Origin: Tubiluchus corallicola
Lineage: Eukaryota > Animalia > Priapulida
Length of the DNA stretch: 64,000 nucleotides
Assembly (NCBI GenBank): GCA_030141605.1
Contig: JAQGDQ010000082.1
Location: 434,001-498,000, forward strand
Direction: 5' to 3'
In this document: in pieces, positions 37,301 to 49,300 of the stretch
Layout: every line of letters begins with the position of its first letter
How positions within the stretch are numbered: the stretch's first letter is position 1
The notes under the pieces: generated by a model
Told to the model about the DNA's origin: nothing
The model's database searches: none
The model's input: the letters and a program-made list of their open reading frames with translations, nothing else
Made by a program: the position numbers and the translations under genes

Positions 37301-40300
37301 AAGATTTTATTAACAACAACAACACATTAGTAATCAGTGAATGAAAGTTATTTTAATGATGGTACAAATCCACAATTGATGGCACAAACACGGTTGTGGT
37401 TCTGTATTTGTGCCATCATTAATAAAAACCTCAACACCAAGATCATGAGGTCTTTTTTAATTATTCTCAACTAAGATAGGAGAGATAGGATAAATTCTTA
37501 GGCTCAATAACAAGCTGGTAAAATAAGATGGTACTTGAGTGAGAGATGTGACTGTAATGAATTGAAACTGGCACTATGTTAGTTAAGTTCACTGTGTTAA
37601 TATCTATCAAAAAAAGAATACTTACCTATCACCAAGATTGAGCATTTTTATTTCCCCACTAGGGAGTGCCACGTCAACACAGCCATTGACGATGACAGAC
37701 CATGAGTCCAACTCTTCCTTATCATTCATAACAATAGTGCCCGACTTTTCAACAACTGCGAACACCATGACGGCACACAGCGCTCTTCGTACAGCCAGAG
37801 TCATGTTAGCAAATGCCTGTAAAAAAACAGTGTGTACTTGCAAAGAACTGCAACTTTAACAAGGCATTCCATCGAAACCCCTAAAGCTGTTAAAAAAGTA
37901 AACAAGTTAAAAGAATTACATACATCTTTCGAATTTCAAAAACTTGAAAAAACAGCATGTAGACCGATGCATTTCACCAAAAATTCAAAAAATTTGTACT
38001 TGTTGTTATTACGTAAAACATCTGTTTCGTGCAGCTTTTACTCATACTACTCTTAACTCTGCAAGCACATAAATCGAGCTTTGATAAAATAAGCAAATGT
38101 TACGCAAACAAAAACATTTCATGTAGTAGTAAATAAACAGTCGTACACGATGCTGAAATGCCAGTAACCTGACAGATAAGGAAAAAAACATTTTGTACCA
38201 AGAGGGCAAAACAGCAAAAAATGATCAAATTATCTTTTCCAGACAGGATTCTTAAACTGACGACCTTTAGCAGTTAAGCATCTAATAATAACTGACTTAG
38301 CTTTTTGCTGGTGTTAGCCATTAATAGGTCCATAACACATACTTACAGGTAAATGTTGCATAAACTCTAACAGTATCTCAATATCATCATCTGTCCGATC
38401 TGATGGATCTTTCTCTAAACATTCCCTGACAGCATCTCGAACGACCACCGACTGCAAGAAGAAATTAACTATTAAAAATGGAAACAAAAAGTGGTTATTA
38501 TTGAACGTAAAAAAGTAAATTTGCTGACAACGGATTTGCTTGTACAATATATTACACGTCTCCAGTTTTTGTTAGATGTGTTTCCTAATCCAAAATTTTA
38601 AAACAGAAAAGCTAGCAAAATACTAACACAATTTTTTAAAATGATAAGAAAGATAAAATGTAAAATTTATTATCACTATAATATGCGATCAAGCCAATTA
38701 ACTATAATACAGTAGCAACAGCAGCTTTTGTAGCAAAAATTGTATTTTTCCAATTCAAACAGAAACCTTTTGTCCACAAAAGTCCACGTTTGTGTTCTCC
38801 ACAAACTTAAAACCACATCTATCCACAATTAATACACTCTTTAGCATATAATAAAAACGAATGTGGAATTAAAAAGAATGTCAGTAACACAATAAGCTTT
38901 TGATGATTTGATCTTCCACCAAGTCACAAAAAGTTTCCAATGTGCACGACCTCACGTATCGTAATTACCATTATTTGTCTTTTCCATTTTCCCATGAATA
39001 TATCTACTGCACTAGCTAAACAGTCCTTGTGTTAAACCACAAATGCTCACAGGGCAAATGATTAATAGACCACACATCTAACTAGGCATTTGCAGTTAAT
39101 CACTATAACAGTCCTCTGGCAAAACCACTAAAATACTCTGCTACTACAAGTCCGCAAGACAACTCGTTTTGTAAAAACTCACAAACACTGGAGATAGTCT
39201 GCCTAACCCCAGCGTGCATTCCAAAATTGGAAATTTTTGCAAAAAGAACAGTTTTAGATTATAATCAGAGGCCAAGGTCAAGTCAAAAGGTCACTCTCTC
39301 TTAAAGACTAACAAAAATGTTGGCCACCCACCATGCAGAGGAAGCATAAGCACCATTGACACCAGTTTGTGCTAATTCCCAATTTACCCAAGAGGAATGC
39401 CCCATGAATTAGCTGAACTAGAAGAGGGAGCAAACATGGTTAATGTATGCTAAAAAACTATAAAAAAAACTATAACAAACTACATAGTAAGAACTTTTAT
39501 AGTTTCTAGAGGTAAAAACAACAAACAATAATAGTAACCAAGAGGAAAAAGTACAGCGATGTGTTTTATTATCTGTCTTTTATTTCTTTTACAACTAAAC
39601 AAGGAACTATTTGTTATTTTGCTATGAAAGTCGTCTACTCATTTAGATAGGCAGTTTTTAGTCTACCAACCAAAAATATGTTTTTTTTACTATAAAGACA
39701 AGCAAAATAATTTTCTGTATCTAATCTGCACTTATAAATTATTTTTAGGTAATGTTTGCACCCAGCTCTTGTTGTAATTATCACCTTGCATTTTGTTTCA
39801 TTTTATAATACCCATTTTGTAACCACTAAAAAGTCGAGATATTTTCCAACAAGTATCAATAATGCAACTATACCCTTGTGTCAGAACAGTCACATTCACA
39901 GAACAGTCACAGCTTCCCTTTACACTCTTTTTTGTTTGTGATTTCATGATAACAGTAGAGTCTTGTAAAGAATTATGTATTACTTTGACCATTTGACTTC
40001 ACCTGTATGATGGCTCTATCTCCCCACTTCGCAACCGCAGGACCAGTTACACCATTGGCTATGTACTTAGTCGACAATAATCACCTCTATGCAAAGCTCC
40101 AGCTTTAATTTACTATGGCTACTGAAACTTACATCAATGGACTCGTTCATGTCATCTTCATCGTCGCTGTCGGCCAGTGATTCCACCATCCCACTGTGGT
40201 CCGCATCACCCTCCCCTTCAGTGGAGCTCTGCATCAAGTCGGAGCCACTGTAGGCAGAGGAGGTGTCGCTGCTTCGTGACGACCGGTTGGATTTGCTAAG

Positions 40301-43300
40301 GTATGCTTCACTCCGGTGTAACACATGCTGGACTGGTTGTAGTTCAGTCGGCACCTATGCAAAAAGAACACAAATTTATATAATATTCATTATTATTTAC
40401 TCACTTATTTCAGCATAAAGAATTGTCAACTATGGGAACTTAAGATTTTAATCTTCCCAACGTTTAGTTGCAGTCTCACATTTTTTTCAGTATATATATA
40501 GAGGAATCGAATCTGACAATCAAATCAACATTTTTCTCTTTCCGAATTTAAACAATAACTGATTGTCATAAAGTTTTATGAAAATGCACGAGAAAAAACC
40601 TCTTAAAATGAGCTAATTGTGAAATTTTAACTTTTTCAAATCACTAGTAAATTAAAATTACATATACGGAATCTACATTTAGCATTTGAGAGTGTAAGGA
40701 TATCATGTACCTAATTAAAAGTTTGCTAATTTTCTAGGTAAAACCACATATTGCCAAGATAACTGCAAGGTTAAGATAACATAGATCGACAGTAAGTTAG
40801 TACTAAAATGCCACCTGCGGAGTGAACTAGTCAACCTAAGCTTCAGGTCTAAAACATGGATATACAAACTACAATCCAACAACAAACCAACCCACCAAAA
40901 AATAACAGAGCTTTTAAAATCACAGCTTACAAACCATTTTACAAAGATTACCAGTAAGATTTGATCTTGTAGGAACTAAACGAAGAAAATAGGACGACAA
41001 GGATTAAAACCTCGGTGCTTACAGCGCTTTTAACAGACCTTTCAGAAACCATGTCATCAACAACAGAGGGCACCAAATGCGTTTACTTAGTCTTTAAGCT
41101 ATACACAACGTAGCGCTTAGCTGTATTGACATGACGTAGCACAGTTTATGTATCAGTGATGGTATTGTGAACACAGTGAAAATGTATTTGACATGCTAAA
41201 TTTCTGAGTGGTCTATTAAACTCCATTTTATTATGAGTTAATGAAAATTCCTATGTAGAGTATGCGAAAATTATGTATATCAAGTTGCCCAAACTGTTTT
41301 TGCCAAGTGAGGCCAAGCTACGTAATTAGGTCTATAAAACAAGTATTTAACTAACGTTTCGTCATGTTTAATTAAAATACACTAGAATACGAGGAAATGA
41401 AGTTAAAACAGCTAAAATGAAAACATAACTATATCAATTAAATTTCTGCTGGCAATTAGAAAATTGAGCACTAATATTGCTATTAAGCAAACTTTTTAAT
41501 AGTATTTCTTTGAATCATTGTTAGCTGACGCATTACACCTCTTCATTTGTCTGGTATAATTTGAATTAATGTTCTATTCTTTCACCCGACATGTTCATTA
41601 CAGAAAAATGAAAATAATTTAATTTGATTTTTTTTAATTCTATGTCCATTTATGTTAGCTATTTTTTTAGTATAATTTATAATATTTTTTCCGTTTTTTT
41701 AGAATGTATGGTACTTTCAATACTGGCAAAATGAAGATAATTTAGTTTGAATTTTCTTTTTCATTCTGTTTCTTTCATTCGTTACATTCAACCTTTATAG
41801 CATGTTATTAGAGTTGTATTTGATTTTGCACGACACACCATGCACCGCTATAATAACTTATGTTCTTTAGAAATGGGTAGCTTTCTGGAGACTGCTTATG
41901 GTCATGAAGCTACCCTGACACTTTAAAAACCATTATTGTCAATGTTGTACATTACAGTTTTTTTATTTACACATGTGTAGAATAAATTGTTCTTTTATCT
42001 TATATTTTATGTCAGACCAGTCTCTAAAATTTATAGAAGTTATAATGCCCTACAGTAAAAAGCAAGCATTACTAGTATTGAAATAGAGTAATTATTTCTC
42101 TTTTTAAAAATTACAACTTTACTACAACATCTAGGTGCATGAAAAGCATTGGTATCACAATAAATTCCATAAAAATGCAGTAAAATTCCTGTCAAGGCAA
42201 CAGTGTACGTAACCCAACCTGTCCCTGCGGCCTATAAACGGACAATAATAGTACTTGTACGATAGTATTAATAACTGAGCACAGGACAGTAATAGCTACA
42301 CATTCTGGACAAGTCAAAAACCCCAGTGAACAAATTAATAATGCAGCTCAGTTATAAATAATGCATTAATGTATTCGTTTCAAAGTGCTGACAACACCAC
42401 GACTGAGTCAGTCTTGCTAATTTGCTCTGACTAATTTTAAAACACAGCTTTCGCATGATTGGAATGTATAATTTTGGCAATAAAACATACAGGTTACGTT
42501 AATTGCGGATGGACTGACTAGCTCGCGAAAGATTTTTTGAAGATTTATTTTATTTACAACCCGCAATCGCAGACTAATAATACCCCTCTGATACAGTAAA
42601 GGGTTAGACAACGTTCCACTTTCTAAGAGTAATAAACTCAATACATCGTTTTAATAGCAGGATTATATCATACGCAGTTAGAACGTTGATATGATGGGTT
42701 TTAGATAAAACTGGGAGGATTTACAATCTTAGGTGCTTGTGCTGAGCTGGTACTTTGCAATCACGCTAGGTACTAAAATAAGACACCCTGGCACAGGTAA
42801 CTGATACAACTATAATTCAAGGCCATGGCTTTTACTTATGTATTGAAGTTAATCACAGTGCAGAGTCGAAAATGTGATAAGGAAGTTAACCCAAGCTGCT
42901 GTAAGAACTGAATGTTTAATTTCTCAGGTTTTTTAAACGTTCTTTACTAAGCTACTGTGTTTAAACTTACAAATCATGGAAAAGCTCGAAAGAATGCTCA
43001 TATACGTCCTAACAGCATGCTTTCACACATCCTAAAAAGCTATACCTGCATTGCAACAAGAATAAGGGGATCAGAAAGCTATCGTAATAACCCTGTTAGT
43101 TTGCCAAATTGCGACAGGTGACCCTTCAACCTCATAATCAGTTTTTGAGAACTAATCGTAGTTTGAGAAGTAATGGTAATATCATGTATGGTCATGTGCG
43201 AGCAAACAAATTTGAAAAAAGTAAACTTACAACAGGTAACGGTTCTCCTGGAAAATCTATAACGTTAGGCAGATTTCGGCGATGCCATTGTTCAACCAGA

Positions 43301-46300
43301 CAGGCACAGTGACGCACAGTTAGGCGCACAACAGATATGGGTACCTGCAGAGATTTGGGAAAACCATTTCTTCGAGCTGAAAATCTCTCTTCCTTGCGGG
43401 AAGGGAAGACTCTGGTGTTACGCAAAAACAAAGCTTCTCTTTTTTGTAACGACGCCGTCATGATGAATAAAAGGTGAGAAAATCATTGCGGAGGAGCAAA
43501 TTCACATAACGGACTTCAAAATAATTTTAAACACCTGATATTGTTCACTTTGTTAACATGATTAACTCCTTAATTTTGCGGAAAAACAGGTGATCAAATC
43601 AAAATCAAAGACGAAATAAACTGAACATCACATTGCGAATTGCTTAAAATGCACTATTCCTTTCCACGGCGTTTCTTTCACAAAAATTGCACAATTCACA
43701 ACTATTATTGATACTATCATATCCGAATGAATAAATCCAAAAAGTAACTACCCACATGCTTGAGTTCAAATAACACGGAGGTTAAAGTTGCTGCGTCAGA
43801 TCTAAGCACTGCTAAAGTACACAACTCGAATAATAAAGTTGAAACTATACACACAATTGTCGTGCTGAAATTTTATGGCGTTTATAGTAAAGTTAGTAAA
43901 AATGACATCACGATGACGTATTCATACGTCCAAACGCTACATGAAGTTCAAAGATGAAAACTGTGATACTGAGCAAAACTGCAACACCAACATGAACAAC
44001 ATTCTCACCAGACAACCAGGAACTAAAACGCTTTAAAATACAATATATTTTCCCGAAAGGCAAAGCACTTCAGGCCGCACGCCAATCAACGAAATCTTGG
44101 CAAAAACACGATCCTGGCATCAAGTCTAGGGGCGCCATAGGAGTCCAACTTTTTACTCACCCGACGGGGGAGGGTGTGATACCCGCACAGTAGCGTACAC
44201 TCACGTCACGTAAGACGTTATAAATGTAACCAACTTGGCGTAAACCTCCGATCAACGGGAAAACGTAACATCACACAAAGCAGAAAGTAAAATTCACTTC
44301 AAACAAACAGAAATTGCGGTCGAACAGTGACACCTTTAGCTCCCAGAAGGTTTTAACCACTTAGCGAATTTCAATAAAACCGTTCCGATTTTTCAACAAC
44401 TTTGCCTTTGAAAGAAGAAACACTTAAAATGAGTCGAGGTTGGGCAAGCGAACTACTTTGCAGAGGTGGGAGTCGGCAGTTATAAGGGAACAGCCGAGTT
44501 ACAAAAAATTTGACACAATAAGTAAAAGACAGGAAGAAATAACGCACCGAGAATAGACAATGTAAGACAACTCGTAACTATAAACTGATACTGTGTACGG
44601 TAAAACAAAGCCACTCAAAATGCATACCAACCACAGTGCAAAGTACCCAAGATAGCAAAAACACTAAAAGCATTCAGCATTCTCAAGTATATGTCAGCCC
44701 CGGGCAAAAAACAATCTGAAGATTTATTGATAGATCATCCTTCAAAGCATTAAAACATATTGTTGTCCAACGCGCGAATAACCCTCGCAGCGTAGTTGTA
44801 GTAATGCGGTAAGGCTGAAATTACCCTGTAAGCTTATAGTTTTTTAACAGATGAAATTGAATTAGCTTTTAATAACTTTGAAACTATATAATTAGCTATA
44901 TATCAATAGTTTAACAGAGAAAATTGAAACCTTCATGAAAAGTTAGAGTAGGCCTACTTCTGTGGTGTAATGGTTAGTGCAGTCTAGGTACTCTGTAGTG
45001 TGATAGTTCGCAAAAGGGCTGCCATAAACCAGATCTTGGGTTCGACTCCCAGTGGAAGAGTAAATCTTTAGATTTTTCAAAATTTCTGATTTAAGTATTG
45101 GTTTCATGCGCTTTATTCATGAAACTAAAAATAAGAGGTTTAAACCAAAGCATACGTTTAACACATGGCAATGGTGCCTCGTTCAATAAGTACCCTAATT
45201 AGACAACGAAGAGTTAAAATTGTTCATGTCAAATTTGAGCTTTGTAGGTCAGCATGTCTAAGATGTCTCAATATTTGCTTTTATAGCTCCTAATAACAAA
45301 GGGTGTTTGACGGCATTACGATTACTATCATAATGAGTGGAATTCCAAAATTTCAACAAAGTAGAACACACACAGAAAAAACTTTATTATCTTATATTAG
45401 AGATTGCTTGAATACTAAGCATTTTGTTCAGTTTAAAGATGTATTCAAGTGACAGAGTTCTGAATAAAAGATATAATTGTCTGTGATCATTGGATGTTTT
45501 GGGATTGTCCCAACCATGTAGATAATAAGCGGGCTTAGGCCTCATCATCATATTTTTTTCTTTTGAGTGCTTAAAACTAATCACTTTTTGTCTTTTTTGG
45601 TTCACTGATGCCTCCATAAATAAATAAATACTGTAATCAAACATTCCAACGTAGCTGTTCATGTACATGGAAAGAACGCTGCATACGTACAAGGTAATTT
45701 GTTTATATCATCCCGAAAATTCTCTACCAGGAAAAGGTAATGAAGTAAATAGCATATTGGAATCCTTTTAGAGTGCTACCTACCGTCTTCACTAGCAAAC
45801 CTTACCTGCCTTATACTAATAGTCACTATATTGCTACTAACAAGACATGCAGAATGGCTGGCTGCTCAGTCATTGCTATTCACTTTTTAAGGTTACCTAT
45901 GTATTAATTAGCTCGTCTAAGACCTTTGCGTCAGTACTACAAGGCTGCAATGACAGTATCGCAACAACGCCATAATTCAACAACCATTTGTGTGACATAT
46001 GCATAACTGCTTATTATACTACTGAAATAAAAACAAGGTTATTTTTTTCGCGTGTTTTAAGGTAACTTTTGCGACATGATCCTAGAAAAAACGACGATGT
46101 TTAGAAGCAGAAAAACGACAAAATTTTACAGACATATAAGCGAATTTATGTGCTAATGCAGTCACACTTTTAGAAAGCCTTTTATAATAAACATTAACTC
46201 GCCGTTACTGCTATGCATTATTCAGGTGTCTCTTTTATTCTTGTTCAGTCATTGTAACTGCATAGTTTTATGTCTTTTAGCAAAAATAAACGAATAATCT

Positions 46301-49300
46301 TAACGTCTTCTTAATTGGAAACACATCAGGAGGATCTTAGGAGTGCTTTTCAAATAAAGGCAACAAAATTTCACAGTGGAACTTAGGAATTAATGTTGCT
46401 AATCTTTATCCAACAAAAAGCTGCTGTCACTGGCTTCAAGCGAACGAATAGTGGTAAAAAATCTAAAGGTAATGTGCTACATGCCCACATAATTCTTTTC
46501 GTTTGTGTTTAAATACCATGTGTTTACTGTTTAGTAAACGAGTAAATACGTTGTTGTAAGTGTTTACTAAAACTATGGTTTTGTTGTTTTCAAACAGGTT
46601 TGACACATTAGAAGCTGGAATCCAACACTCAATGATAGGAGCTACTTAAATATTGATGGTTGTGGTAGGACTGGATCTAGTTCATTATCAAAGGTAACTC
46701 TGTAAGACCCCCTTACCTGGCAGAGGCATCTCAGGAATTTTGAAATTGAATTTGAAAATTTTGAACACATCCTTCATCAATCTAAATACCCAGTACCAGT
46801 ACAGTCACTGAAATTATCCAAGCAACTGAACCCTGTGGTCACCCATTTTTTCACTGATCAACCTGTTATTTTAATTGCCAAGAACACACTGTTACCACTC
46901 GGCTATATAATTTCTCTCCCAAAATGTTGCTCGGCAGCGCCATGTTATTACTATTCAAATGAAAAATTTTCATGTACAGACTGCATACAAATTTCTTGAA
47001 ATTTTATTGACTTAAGTGCAACACTCATGGGCCACCTGATGTTTACCTTGTCATTTAAATGCACAAATTAACTTAAAGGTTATTAAAATATGACAGGCAC
47101 AAAGAGCTGTACTTAATGCAGCGTAAAGTTATGCATGGCAATTGAACATGTTATACCAATTTATAATTACATGTACTTTAATTCAAACTGTAAAATCTAG
47201 AAACAAGCATCTTTTGCATTATTTGAGCGAAAAATATGTAAATCATATACTATTTTAATACCACACTATCTTGTATTTAAGTTTTTTTACAATTTTATTA
47301 AGTCCTATGCTACGCAAGCCAAGTTTTAAATGCAAAATTAATCAAAAAATCTTTTAAAATAGCTGGGCTCGAGTATAAATTTGCACCATTTCTAATAGTT
47401 TAAACCAAAATCTTGCACTGCAAGCTTAGATAGATTTGGCCCAAAACAACATCAAACAAGCCTTATAACTTGACCTAATATTTCCTTTATTCCGCTTACG
47501 AAAAACAGGTACAAGGTGAAGATAAAAAGTAACTAGAAACGCCAAAGTACAACATAGCCGTTGTTTACCCCAGAGGCGTGGAACACCATTGGCAAATAGC
47601 AAACTCTGTCTGTTTTATCCGCTAAGAGATGGCAGCACCACATATAGCGAACCATGAAGCAATCTGCTCGCCTGAAGAATGTACATGTACAAAGTAATAC
47701 GGGTATTCGACAACTTTGTTAGAATGAACTTAATGAAGATTAATGTCCGATTAAAAGTCGTGCTCATTTTGTCTACTACTAGATGGCAGCACAATACAAT
47801 GTAAATAGTAGATGTTTGAATCAGGACATTCTAAATAGTTTCTGTTAAGCCTAGGTTAAAATAGATCCTATTCAGATCAGATGAAAAACACTATGAACTG
47901 ACATCCATAACCTGGTACTCTATACTTATTATTTTACCTGATACCATATTTCAGAAATGAACTACTTGGTTTAGAGACTGAAAATTGAATTTTGCTCCTC
48001 TAAACATATGACTAAGAGGCCTCCCCACAGCTGTCCCTTTGCAATAGAAAATAATAAAAACGACACATGCAATCTGAGACTGAGAGTGTGTTCAAACCCT
48101 AGCTGTCGTCGTCCTCCTCTTCACAAGCATAAAACTAATAAGCACAACAAAGAATGATTTCACGTTTTCATTTGGTTTTCTTACCTGTAATTCTAAATTT
48201 GTTAGGCATCCATCTGAATGCAAGCGCCGCCCTTGTGGCACTTTCACCTCATCTTGTTCTAGTGCAAGAAGTCGTTCCAAGTTGACTGTCGTGCAAGACT
48301 GCCGCTGTCCTGGTCTCATCAGTTGAATATCCGGATAATCAATCTATAACGAAATTCGCATTTTATGGATTTTTCCTGTATATGAGTACATGAATTTTAA
48401 CATTTACACATCCGTAGAACTTAATTCTAATACAATAACAACTATCTCGTTCTCTTTCTATTTCTCTCTCTCTCTCTCACCGCACACATGCACACATACA
48501 CATGCACACGCACACACACACACACACACACAGTACCCTTACTCTCCTCTCCTTCCCTCACCTCTCCCCTGTTCTCCTTCCCCATCTCATTCTCTTTCCT
48601 TCTCCTCCTTTTTCTTTTAAAAACACAAAATTCCATTAACAAAATAGGACTTCGAGCACCAAAGCAATCAGTACTAGTTGCAACAAACGAAAGGACACTT
48701 TGAACAGTAAAATAAGCAAAACCCTCCTTAACTTAATGCAAAACAAAAAAGATCGATGAAATTACACAAAAATAAAATGTTTAATTTGATTGCTTTCAAA
48801 TAGTATTCTATTTTCCTGTAATTTCGTTGCTCTTTTTTATCCTGCATTAAATTGAGATTCCCGACAGACTAGAGTTTGTTTCAAAACCTTCTTTTTGGAT
48901 AATTAATATAAATAAAAAAGTCAAGCTTCAGAAGTTGTGTAAGGATACCTTTTGCAGCCTGCACTTGATTTGATCAGTTTTCACTATAATCCCTGATGTT
49001 AAATGTAAATAATAAGCAACAAAAGCAGGAAATAGGGACGTACCAAAAATACTGGATAAGCCAATGTCCTATCTGGTGCTCTATTGTTATTTAAGCAGCA
49101 GTTAGGCATTGCCCTCTACAGGCGAACAAGGGGATTGTTCAGATCAATTCTAATTAGAGGAATAATTGCTCAGTGGAATGTGGCAATACAAATAAGAGAC
49201 TGGAGGAGAGACAGAAAGAGAGGGTAAATAAAGAGTGAAAGGAGAAATTATCAAATATACAGATCTACAGGTGTATATGCACAGGCAGTGTAGTGAAATA

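Noticed and set aside
46712-46724. U1 snRNA 5'-end-like CTTACCTGGCAG
   Set aside because: No downstream U1 structure or Sm site; it is simply the reverse complement of a splice donor.
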